Assembly: GCA_965198115.1 (NCBI GenBank) | Contig: OZ240241.1 | Coordinates: 5,920,001-5,984,000, forward strand | Origin: Candidatus Latescibacterota bacterium | Lineage (GTDB): Bacteria; Latescibacterota; UBA2968 | DNA: 64,000 nucleotides | Direction of reading: 5' to 3' | Shown here: positions 32,644 to 41,500 of the stretch, in pieces | Numbering within the stretch: the stretch's first letter is position 1 | Layout: each line of letters opens with the position of its first letter | Notes under the pieces: model-generated | Database searches by the model: none | Told to the model about the DNA's origin: nothing | Seen by the model: the letters and a program-made list of their open reading frames with translations, nothing else | Position numbers and translations under genes: made by a program

Positions 32644-32997
32644 ATGCACGGGAAGTTTCGGGTGTCCCTTCCGGACCGGACGGGGCCGCCGAAGGCTTCT
32701 CCGAGGGAGGCGAGTCCTGATCCGACCGAGATCGCTCCGACGATGGTTCCGGGCAGGTGGACGCGACGCGTTCGCCTGCCTTTCTTCTACGTGCTGACCA
32801 CGCTGCTCATCGCGCTGGCCCTCGTCGCCGTGCTCGTTTACCGGTTCGCCGGCCCGCGTGCGGAGCGATGTCCGGAATGTCAACGCAAGCGAGAGGACGA
32901 TCACCCCATCTGCCCCTGCGGGTGGGTTTACGAGTATCCAGAAACCGACCAGCCGCTCGAGTATGGCTCCTCTTCATCAGAGGAGGTCGACCCGTGA
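32644..32997 (+). CDS. Small membrane protein with Cys-rich zinc-ribbon tail
   Basis: One TM helix followed by CPEC...CPCG. Confidence 0.5.
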   Translation: MHGKFRVSLPDRTGPPKASPREASPDPTEIAPTMVPGRWTRRVRLPFFYVLTTLLIALALVAVLVYRFAGPRAERCPECQRKREDDHPICPCGWVYEYPETDQPLEYGSSSSEEVDP

Positions 32998-33375
32998 AAA
33001 TGACCCTTCTCCTGTGTGCGTCGTTGCTGGCTTCGCCCCTTGCGGCGGAAACCGATCCCGAGACGGGTCGGTTTTCCTACGCCGTCAACAACCCGTTCGT
33101 CGACGACACCCTCGCTCGCATCGCACTCATTCCCTTACACACCGCCCGAGGGAACAGCGGAACCACCCCCGTGGAAAGAACCGAACTGGTAGGGCATGGT
33201 ATAGCCTTGCTCCGTCACCGACCCGTTTGGAGCACCCGACCCTGGTCGCTATGGTCGGATCAGCCCCGTGACCAACCGAAACACCCGCACTGGAAAATTG
33301 CCGGTTTTACTAATCGCCTTTGCCGTTCTAGTCGGGATACGGTTGGTCTTGTTCTTCCGATTGATGCCGCGCCGC

Positions 33376-33860
33376 ATGCTCGACGGTCTCAAGACGCTTC
33401 GGTTGGCCACGATCCGCGAGTGGTACCGCGAGCAGGCTGACCTCGCCAGGAAAGAAGCCCTGCCCTACGAAGGCTACCTGCTCGAACTGATCAACCGGGA
33501 GTGCGAGACACGCGCCCACAATCGGATCCAGCGGCTGCTCCGGGAGTCTCGTCTCCCCCTGGAAAAGAACCTGGACACGTTCGACCGGACTCGGCTGCCC
33601 ACAAAGGTGGACGGCCTGGTCGCCACGCTCCTGCAGGGCGACTTTCTCGATCGCTCCGAGAACGTACTGGCCTTCGGCAACCCCGGGTCCGGAAAGACCC
33701 ACCTCCTGTGTGCTATCGGCCAGCACCTGATCCTGGAAGGACACCGGGTCCTGTTCACGCCCTGCAATATCCTGGTCCAGCAACTCCTTCTCGCCAAGCG
33801 GGATCTGGATCTCCCGCGGCTCCTCAAACGCTTCGACCGTTTTGACGGCCTGATCGGGAA
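33376..33860 (+). pseudogene. istB: IS21-family helper ATPase fragment
   Basis: LKTLRL, LLELINRECETR and GNPGSGKTHL. Truncated before Walker B is complete. Confidence 0.85.
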
Positions 33861-34108
33861 GAATGGTTGACGCCGGACAGCTGTATGGTGAACTTCGTCA
33901 GCATTTGGGTGAAGTCCTAAGGGAATTGGCTCGTCAGCGTGAAAGCCGCGTAGAGGAGGGCCACCTCCTTGCAGATCACGTGCATATGCTGGTGTCGATT
34001 CCGCCGAAATGCGCTGTGTCTCAGGTCGTTGGGTATATCAAGGGCAAGAGCGCGATCCACGTCGCTCGCAGTTACCTGGGACGAAGGTCGGGTAGTGGTT
34101 CACTTTGA

Positions 34109-34981
34109 CTAACTGCGATCCTCACGGTTAATCCGCCCGCCTTTCATCAGCTTCCGTTCCTCATCTTCCAGCAGCTTCACTAAATCCTCGACGGCCCAGA
34201 CCCGATCCATCAGGCCAGCGGCCATTGCGGGCGTCCTTCTCTTCAGCGTCTTGTGCTTCCGGCAGAAGTTGTAGTAGAACATATGCAGGGCAATAGCGTG
34301 CACGTGGTTGATCCACTTTTTTGAGAAGCCATTGGTCAAGCGCGTGAACCGCCGATTTCCCATCCTCATCGTCAAATTCGACCGCTCGATATAGGACGTG
34401 GAGATATGGGCGGGATCTGGGTTGCCGACCACAGGCCGAACGTCGATACCGATGCACTTAGCTGGGCTGTAAGTCCTGTCCGCGTCGGGATCGGTCCCGT
34501 ACTGCTTCACGAGCTGGGCAAAGTCACAGGCCCCACCAAAAGCCTGCTCAATGGCCTCCGGATAGAAACTCAGGCCGTCAGATGTAATTTGGGGCCGATT
34601 CAAGAGACGACCGGCAACGTCGCCCACGAAGAGGTTGGCGTAGTTTGCGGTCCGCAAACCTACCTGATAAGCAATCATCAGTTTGGTATCTGAACACAGA
34701 GCCGTCCACGTCCAGCAATCTCCGTCACCCTGGGCGCCCTTCTTGCGATTCCCTTCCTTGCATCCAACGAAAGACCAAATCTCATCCATTTCAATCCGCG
34801 TGCAGGGAAGGTCACGGACTCTCCAGTCGTGGAAATCACGGCACAAGCTGCCGACATCGGCCAGCAACCGCAGGACCGTCAGCTTAGCAGCTCCGGTCAT
34901 ACGGCACGTAGACGCAATCGAACAACCTTCTACGAGGGCTGAGATGACCGCCATCCGCTTCTCCGTGCTGAGCTTTCGCAT
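34109..34981 (-). CDS. IS1-family DDE transposase (HTH plus DDE), intact
   Basis: LVEGCSI..TCR HTH, EMDEIWSFV, ITSDG and STSYIERSNLTMRM..RRFTRLTNGFSKK. Confidence 0.92.
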   Translation of the reverse strand: MRKLSTEKRMAVISALVEGCSIASTCRMTGAAKLTVLRLLADVGSLCRDFHDWRVRDLPCTRIEMDEIWSFVGCKEGNRKKGAQGDGDCWTWTALCSDTKLMIAYQVGLRTANYANLFVGDVAGRLLNRPQITSDGLSFYPEAIEQAFGGACDFAQLVKQYGTDPDADRTYSPAKCIGIDVRPVVGNPDPAHISTSYIERSNLTMRMGNRRFTRLTNGFSKKWINHVHAIALHMFYYNFCRKHKTLKRRTPAMAAGLMDRVWAVEDLVKLLEDEERKLMKGGRINREDRS

Positions 34982-35009
34982 TGACCTAGCCCTCTTATCA
35001 AGTTATCTT
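34981..35009 (+). promoter_or_regulatory. Predicted sigma70 promoter pointing antisense into the tRNA
   Basis: TTGACC (34981-34986), 17-nt spacer, TATCTT (35004-35009). Confidence 0.5.
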
Positions 35010-35045
35010 TCAGCGTCAAGTTGGAAATGGTGATAGTGGTTTTAT

Positions 35046-35121
35046 TGGTGGAGATAGGGGGACTCGAACCCCCAACCCCCCGGGTATAAGCCAGGTGCTC
35101 TACCGATTGAGCTATATCCCC
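35046..35121 (-). tRNA. 76-nt tRNA with anticodon UAU (Ile) but alanine-type acceptor stem (G3:U70, A73), encoded CCA
   Basis: GGGGATA TA GCTC AATCGGTA GAGC A CCTGG CT-TAT-AC CCGGG GGGTT GGGGG TTCGAGT CCCCC TATCTCC A CCA gives a complete cloverleaf with U8, G18G19, U33, TTCG and A15:U48. Confidence 0.93.
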
Positions 35122-35137
35122 ACCATTTTCATGTCTT

Positions 35138-35176
35138 ACCCCTTCAGCTGTTTGCGCAGCTGAAGGGGTCTTTTTT
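35138..35176 (+). terminator. Intrinsic terminator oriented for plus-strand (antisense-to-tRNA) transcription
   Basis: 13-bp stem ACCCCTTCAGCTG / CAGCTGAAGGGGT followed by CTTTTTT on the plus strand only. Confidence 0.7.
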
Positions 35177-35190
35177 GTTTCCCCTGGCTC

Positions 35191-35874
35191 TCACTGCTCC
35201 TGCCCATCGTCTTCATCTACGTCGTCAATATCTCCTGTAGCGACATCATCGCCCAGGTTGCGCTGGAAAACAATGAACGCATCAAACCACTTGTCCTGTC
35301 GTTCAGTAGGCCACTCTGGATCGAAATCCGGGAATTTTGCCATCAACATCTGCTGCATAGTCTGTGGCTGAGGTGAAGATGAGGTCTTGCGCTTCGCCTT
35401 CACCGAAGTGGATTTCAACCGCGCGCGGCGCGTTTGAATACGTGGACTGACGGTGATACCCGCAGCCTTGCATCCGCGCCGAAAGAATCTCGTCCCTTTC
35501 TGTAGAGTGCTCCCCTCCAAGCCTTGTTCCCGGAATGCGTCCTCCAGCTGTTTTGTGGTCGCCTTCTCCAGATCAAAGTCGTCGTTGAAGATGAACGAAA
35601 ACCGTTTGCGGAAAACACGCTCCAGAATAGGAGGCGAAGTAGATTCGTCTGCCCCCGCAAGCTCCCGTAATTCTTCTGTGGGGTCTCCATCCTCAGTGAT
35701 TAACCCGAGGAAACACAACGTCCCCAAGATCTGCCCTTGCGTGCCTCCGGACTGACTTGGGAACAAGCTCTTGTCGATGCGTGCCGGAATGCCCTGTTGG
35801 AAATCTGAGACAACCCTCTCGAAAGTGCGGTACGCCAGATACGGTGGTTTTGGATCGAAGTCGGGTTGTGCCAT
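35191..35874 (-). CDS. DUF5343-like protein (transposon cargo)
   Basis: PPY...TF, P.RIDKS, L.FLGLI..DG.PT, AT..QL..AF and T..K..RFF pattern. AAGGAG RBS. Confidence 0.7.
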   Translation of the reverse strand: MAQPDFDPKPPYLAYRTFERVVSDFQQGIPARIDKSLFPSQSGGTQGQILGTLCFLGLITEDGDPTEELRELAGADESTSPPILERVFRKRFSFIFNDDFDLEKATTKQLEDAFREQGLEGSTLQKGTRFFRRGCKAAGITVSPRIQTRRARLKSTSVKAKRKTSSSPQPQTMQQMLMAKFPDFDPEWPTERQDKWFDAFIVFQRNLGDDVATGDIDDVDEDDGQEQ

Positions 35875-35901
35875 AGCGCTCTCCTTTCTTTGTGTGCTAT
35901 A

Positions 35902-35930
35902 AATGTAGTTATGCCATGTGCCGTTGTCAA
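35902..35930 (-). promoter_or_regulatory. Predicted sigma70 promoter for the DUF5343-like gene and tRNA, with an operator-like motif in the spacer
   Basis: TTGACA, 17-nt spacer, TACATT on the minus strand. The spacer motif CGGCACA-T-GGCATA recurs inverted as CGGCACA-GGC-GGCATA at 35964-35979. Confidence 0.6.
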
Positions 35931-36013
35931 TGCCAAAACTGGACTTTTTCTAATTTTTCGTTGCGGCACAGGCGGCATAGACGCACAGTACATTAGTTAA
36001 AAGGAGGTGCCAC

Positions 36014-36260
36014 ATGCGGCGGACACGTTGTTGTAGTTAAGTTGTTTACAGGACCATTAGTTCGGCGTGTTTGGGATGTAACGGACGGTGTCGTCTTCGC
36101 TGTGCACGATGACAGGTTTGCCGAATTGGAGCAAGGCAAGGGAAAAGCGCCGCTCTTTGGGTTCCCGCTTGCAGACGTGTACGAGATGAGCGAAAGCGAG
36201 GTCCCCCCAAATCCTGATTGGTTGCAGATGCACCATTGGCGACCAACAGTGGGATCGTAG
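36014..36260 (+). CDS. Small hypothetical cargo protein, one extra base just after the start codon
   Basis: AAGGAGG RBS and ATG at 36014. Removing one base gives MRGHVVVVKLFTGPLVRRVWDV...FGFPLADVYE. Confidence 0.55.
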
Positions 36261-36287
36261 GGGGAGGTGCAACGCTGACCAGCATAG

Positions 36288-36326
36288 AAAAGCCCCCTGC
36301 CTGTGTAGGCAGAGGGCTTGATTTTT
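36288..36326. terminator. Bidirectional terminator between convergent cargo genes
   Basis: AAAAGCCCCCTGCCT-GTGT-AGGCAGAGGGCTTGATTTTT. Confidence 0.65.
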
Positions 36327-36333
36327 GACACGC

Positions 36334-36474
36334 TCACTGGCTGTCTTTGTCGTCCTTGGGTTCAGTAGCCTTATCTACAAGCCACTTCGCCAGCTGGTTT
36401 GGGTCCTTCGGTCTCGGGCCGCGTCCATCCTTTTCCTTGTCGTTCTTCGCCTGTTTCTTCGGTTCGTTTTCCAT
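36334..36474 (-). CDS. 46-aa charged protein with RPKDPNQLAK motif (absent from the ORF track)
   Basis: MENEPKKQAKNDKEKDGRGPRPKDPNQLAKWLVDKATEPKDDKDSQ. I recall this motif type beside this group of IS1-like transposases. Confidence 0.6.
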   Translation of the reverse strand: MENEPKKQAKNDKEKDGRGPRPKDPNQLAKWLVDKATEPKDDKDSQ

Positions 36475-36787
36475 ACCCGAAATCTACGTCATCAGCGAAA
36501 TCGGTTCAAGCACTCAGCGTGTCGAACTATCTTTCAAAGTGAACCACTACCGAAGGTCGAACTTCGTTGGGCAGAGTTTCTGGGCAAGAGGCTACGGGTC
36601 TCCACCGTAGGCAAGGATGAACATTCAGTTCGGGAATACATCCGAAACCAAGAACAAGAAGACCGACGCGTTGATCAGCTCAATCTGCTCAGATAGTTGC
36701 CACCTTTAGGTGGCGCGAGGTTTTAAACCGCTTTGAGCGGTTCACAGGCATTCAAGCCTCCGGCTTTGCCGGAGGTAATGACTTCAC

Positions 36788-36922
36788 GTGGTCCCACAGA
36801 GCAAAGGCAGCTCCGACCATCTCGACAACTTGCAACTGCTGTGCGGAGCCTGCAATTTCACCAAGGGAACTGGAACGCAAGCCGAGTTGATCGCGAGACT
36901 CCAAGCACAGAGCTACGTTTAG
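36788..36922 (+). pseudogene. HNH endonuclease C-terminal fragment
   Basis: VVPQSKGSSDHLDNLQLLCGACNFTKG. Cut at the IS200 right end. Confidence 0.7.
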
Positions 36923-36940
36923 AAGGAGGGAAGATCAGCC

Positions 36941-37528
36941 ATGGAAGTCCTGCTGGAAATCCTGAACGAATATGCCGCGGTCATACAAGCATTGGCGTCC
37001 ATCGGTTTAATTACTGTCACCTTAGCATTATGGTGGGCGACTATAAAGATGGCGCGGTCAACGCAGCTACTTGTACACGAGAGTCGCATGCTCCGAGAGG
37101 ATACAAAGAGACCTCAGATTTCGGCGAAACTCAGGCCGATGGCCGAACACGGAGACTTTATTCAACTCGTTTTAAATAACATGGGTCGGGGGGCGGCGTT
37201 GAATGTAAGATTCCAGCTAGAAGGGGATGAAGAGGACTTTGCAAATCACGAGATGACACTTAGAGGAACCTCGGCGCCCATCAGCTTTATGTCGCAAGGG
37301 GAGTCAGACATTTATGAATTGGGTGTGGGACGTACTCTTTTTGCCGACTCTCCAATGAAGCCTTTTACAGTTGTGATTAACTATGAGGATGTGGACGGCA
37401 AGTCGCATGAGAAGCGTATCGAGCTCGATGTGAAACAATTCGATGGCTTAGAGTGGTCGGGGGCGTCCGTGGCGTGGCGTCAGATGAAGGCGTTGGAACG
37501 AGTTGCGAAGCATTTTAAGAGCAGTTGA
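36941..37528 (+). CDS. Hypothetical protein with N-terminal TM helix
   Basis: GGAGG RBS, a TM segment, then N.GRGAALNV and a beta-rich domain. Confidence 0.75.
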   Translation: MEVLLEILNEYAAVIQALASIGLITVTLALWWATIKMARSTQLLVHESRMLREDTKRPQISAKLRPMAEHGDFIQLVLNNMGRGAALNVRFQLEGDEEDFANHEMTLRGTSAPISFMSQGESDIYELGVGRTLFADSPMKPFTVVINYEDVDGKSHEKRIELDVKQFDGLEWSGASVAWRQMKALERVAKHFKSS

Positions 37529-37589
37529 AGGCTCCGTTGGAAGCGCCTTCCTTATGGGGTTTTGTCTGAGGCGCATGGGAGAATAAGCC

Positions 37590-37915
37590 ATGTCTCGTCA
37601 ACGAGACAGATTGATTCCCATCGGTGCCGCCTCGCCCCAGGCGCGTCACCACTTCACCCGCTTCGATCAGGTGAATCAGCTTGTCGGGGCCAGCGAAGCG
37701 GACCCCGATCTGGGCTTCATGGCGCGGGTGATGGCTGTGCAGCCTGCCTCGCACCAACTCCGGCGAGCGGCTCCAGTACAAACGCGTCAACGGACCGTAC
37801 AAGCTCATCATGACCGCGACGGGTGAGTACAAGCTGCCCTTCGGGAATCTTGCTGTTGGCCTGGGTGTGCACGGAGGCCGTGCGCGCTCAAAGCCGCGAG
37901 TTAGTCCTAGGGTCT
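37590..37915 (+). pseudogene. Plasmid replication initiator RepA remnant, copy 1
   Basis: HFTRFDQVNQLVGASEADPDLGFMAR...YKRVNGPYKL...KLPFGNL, frameshifted. Confidence 0.65.
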
Positions 37916-38139
37916 TGCCACGGGCGTGCTGAGCCTCTCGCCCTCGAAGTCCGCCATCGCCCCCACGCGCCTTCAGCTCGTGGAATAAATTTCTGGGGGA
38001 AGAGAAAAGATGAAGAGGAAGACATCCTTCGCGAAAGGCGATTGAGATTGCAGGCGCCATTCCCCTGACGCGGAAGCCCCAAGAAGCTACGATCGTACCA
38101 AGGATGCGGGCATTAGTAAGCATAATGGCACTATCAATT

Positions 38140-38575
38140 ACTGTCTTAACAGCCGTGTGTCTTGCGCCCTGCGCCATGGACGTGAGTGATCTTTCCACAC
38201 ATACGGACCTGATGAGCCTTTCAGGGTACAAGATGTACGGTCCACAAGGGATCGGGGCATTGTATATTCGCCGTGATCTCAAAGAGTCGATGGAGCCACT
38301 GTTCTACGGAGGTGGGCAGCAGGAAGGCCTGCGTTCCGGGACCGTTCCAATGCCCCTCTGCGTCGGAATGGCCAAGGCCGCAGAAATCGTTGGTGGAGAC
38401 GACGGGAAAAAGGAGCGCACACGGGTCGCTCGACAGCGCGATACATTCATTAGCCTAATCCAAGGCGGGAATTCGTCGGTCACTGTCAATGGACCGATTG
38501 GCCAGCGGCGTCATCCGGGCAACGCCAACATTTGTTTTCACGGATTCGATGCGCGAGACATCCTCGGCGTCCTTC
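38140..38575 (+). pseudogene. Cysteine desulfurase (IscS/DndA-like) internal fragment
   Basis: DLMSLSGYKMYGPQGIGALY, GGGQQEGLRSGT and RHPGNAN. Lacks both termini and the catalytic Cys loop. Confidence 0.8.
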
Positions 38576-38578
38576 GGT

Positions 38579-41500
38579 ATGAGCGGAATGACACTTGACT
38601 GGAACAGTATCAGGCCCTTGGAGGGCGGACGAGACAAGGGCTTCGAAGAGCTATGCGCCCAGCTTGCCCGGGCGGAAAGGCCCTCCGGGTCTACGTTCGT
38701 GCGAAAAGGGACTCCGGACGCTGGAGTAGAGTGCTACGCAATCCTGAGTGACGGCGCCGAGTGGGCCTGGCAGTCCAAGTATATCGACGGACTCGGGGAC
38801 TCGCAGTGGTCTCAGATCGACGGAAGTATCAAGACGGCACTCGAGAAGCATCCAAAGCTGGTCCGCTATTTTGTCTGCGCGCCAGTAGATCGCGCAGATG
38901 CACGGATTGAGGGACGGAGGTCGGCGAAAGAGCGCTGGGATGACCACGTCGCGAAGTGGAGCAGGTGGGCATCCGATCGCGGAATGACGGTCGAATTCGT
39001 CTATTGGGGCAGCCATGAGCTGCTCGAACGCTTAGCCCGACCGGTCCATATCGGGCGTGTCCGATTCTGGTTCGATGTTCGAGGCTTCGATGCCCCGTGG
39101 TTTACGGCAAGGCTCGATGAGGCATTGCTGACTGCGGGTCCTCGCCACACCCCCGAGGTCCACGTTGACCTGCCCATCGCGTGGGAGTTCGAAGTGTTCG
39201 GACGCACTGATCGCTTCTTCGACCGCGAGATGGCTAGTGCCCGGAGAATCCGCAAGAAATTGAGAGCAGTCGAGTACTCGGAGGGCGCGGCCGAACCGAC
39301 TGTTGATGCTGGGTTGGCCGCCGTGTCGTCGAAGGTTCAGACGGTCCTCAACGTGATAGGCACCATCGACGTGCAGGCAATGGGTCCGCTGCCGTTCAGA
39401 GCCATCTCGGAGCAAGTCCACGCTGCAGAAGAAGCAGCCGAGGAACTTTCACGACTCCTGGGCGAACGCGAACGACGGTTGGAGGCCAAGCAAGAATCGC
39501 GGGACACGAAGGCGCGTCGGTCTTCCTACGGGAGTAACCCGTTCCGAGATCGCAGGATTCGGCTCCTACGTCTCATCTCCGAACTCGAAGCGGCGCGGAA
39601 GTCGTTCGTGCACGCGGATAAGGTTGCGGACAGCTCTTTGATGGTCCTCCGAGGCGCAGCAGGCACTGGCAAGACTCATTTGCTATGTGACGTTGCACGA
39701 CAGCGCGTCTCTGCGGGCCGACCAACGGTGTTGCTCATGGGCCAACGCTTCGTGAGCAATGATGAACCTTGGTCCCAAGCGCTTCAGCAATTGGACCTAT
39801 CCAGTCTGTCGGTAGAGGAGTTCGTCGGTGCGCTCGAAGCCGCGGCGCAGGCCGCCGGCTCACGAGCACTGTTAGTGATCGACGCGATCAATGAGGGCGC
39901 CGGACAGAACATCTGGCCAAGCCATCTCACCGCCTTTCTGGCATACTTGGAGCGCTCGCCATGGATTGGCGTGGTGCTGGCGGTCCGTTCGTCCTTCGAA
40001 GAGTTCATCCTTCCCGCAGTCGTACGCTCCCGTGCCGCCGTCGTGACGCACTCAGGATTCAGGGGGGTTGAGTACGACGCCACTAAGACTTTCTTCGTCC
40101 ACTACGATTTGGAGCTTCCATCGACCCCGCTCCTTGCGCCGGAGTTCCAGAACCCTCTGTTTCTCAAGACGTTGTGCCGGGGTCTCCATGCGAAGGGCGA
40201 GCGTCGCCTCCCTCGCGGCTTTCACGGCATCACAGCCGTGTTCGACCTGTATCTCAGTGCGGTGAATGAGCGGCTAGCGTCGAGTCTTGACTTCGATTCC
40301 CGGATGCCATTCGTACGACAGGCTGTGGGAGCTGTTTCGGAGGCAATCCTCGACTCAGGCGAGTCCTGGCTCACCTTGACGAAGGCAGGAGAAGTCGTCA
40401 ACCGCTTTCTTGCCGGTCGGGACTTTGAGCGATCTCTCTACCGGGGACTGGTCGCAGAAGGTGTCCTTCTTGAGGAAGTGGCGCGACCGCAGGACGCGAA
40501 TGCCGAGGTGGTAGTCGTCATTGCATACGAACGTTTTGCTGATCATCTCGCAGCCAGGAGCTTGCTGGGCAGTTACCTCGACGTCAACGACCCCCCCTCT
40601 GCGTTTGCGGCGACGGGAGGTCTGGCGTTCATCTGCGATGACAAGCACTACGTTTCACCCGGCCTCCTTGAGGCCCTATGCATCCAGATTCCCGAACAGA
40701 CCGGACAGGAACTCATCTTCGTCGCTCCAACTTGTGCCGATCGATGGGGACTTGGGGACGCGTTCCGGCAGAGCCTCGTCTGGCGCACATACGCAGCTTT
40801 CTCGGAGGACACGCGCCGAGCGCTGAACAAGCTGTGCCGAAGCGAGCAGGACTGGCGCGACACCCTCGACGTGCTGCTCACCGTGGCCACGTTGCCCAGA
40901 CATCCGCTCAATGCGTGGTTTCTCGATCAGCGGCTTCGAAGAGACGCGATGCCGGATCGCGATGCGTGGTGGAGCTTGTACCTCCACCACGCGTATGGTA
41001 CCCACGGTCCCGTCGACAGGCTTGTGGATTGGGCGTCCTCGCTGGATCCGAGCACGTCGATTGATGACGAGGCCGTTGACCTGTGCGCCGTCGCGCTGTC
41101 GTGGATGCTTACCACCTCGAATCGGTTTCTGCGTGACCGCGCAACGACGGCTCTCGTGAGCCTTCTTACAGATCGCCTGGCGGCTGTGGTTCGGCTCGTT
41201 GGGCGGTTCGCTGATGTTGACGATCCGTACGTGGCCGAGCGTGTCCACGCCGTGGCGTACGGGGTCGCCATGCGCTGTCACGATCCTGTCGCAGTCGGTA
41301 CTCTGGCAACGTGTGTGTACGAGAGAGTCTTCGCTTCGGGGAGTCCGCGTCCGCATATCCTCCTCAGGGACTATGCACGCGGCGTTGTCGAGCGTGCGCT
41401 GCACCTTGGGTCGAAGATTGACGTGGTCCCCGATCGCGTTCGCCCGCCCTACAAGAGCACATGGCCCACAATCCCGACCGAGGAGAACATCAAGACGCTG

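Larger units (their letters stand above)
34091..36551 (-). mobile_element. IS1-family cargo-carrying transposon (2461 bp)
   Basis: Perfect 18-bp IRs GGTAGTGGTTCACTTTGA (34091-34108) and TCAAAGTGAACCACTACC (36534-36551). 8-bp TSD GAAGGTCG at 34083-34090 and 36552-36559. Confidence 0.95.
33870..36696 (+). pseudogene. tnpA: IS200/IS605 TnpA split by the IS1-family element (pieces 33870-34090 and 36552-36696)
   Basis: DHVHMLVSIPPK..VSQVVGYIKGKSAI...YLGRR | NFVGQSFWARGY...IRNQE. IS200-type end hairpin CCTCCGGC-TTT-GCCGGAGG near 36757-36775. Confidence 0.88.

Noticed and set aside
35046-35121. tRNA as the integration site of the island or element
   Set aside because: It lies inside IR/TSD-bounded DNA and I saw no duplicated 3' fragment of it. 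The island att matches tmRNA instead.
35050-35125. A second tRNA on the plus strand (it also ends in ACCA)
   Set aside because: It is only the mirror of the real tRNA: the arms are in the wrong order, there is no TTC loop in the T position, and it has an A:C mismatch in the stem.
38104-38598. Dnd/phosphorothioation system or a desulfurase-Avs fusion
   Set aside because: Only an internal desulfurase fragment is present, in a different frame from the Avs-like gene, and no dndBCDE or ssp genes are visible.
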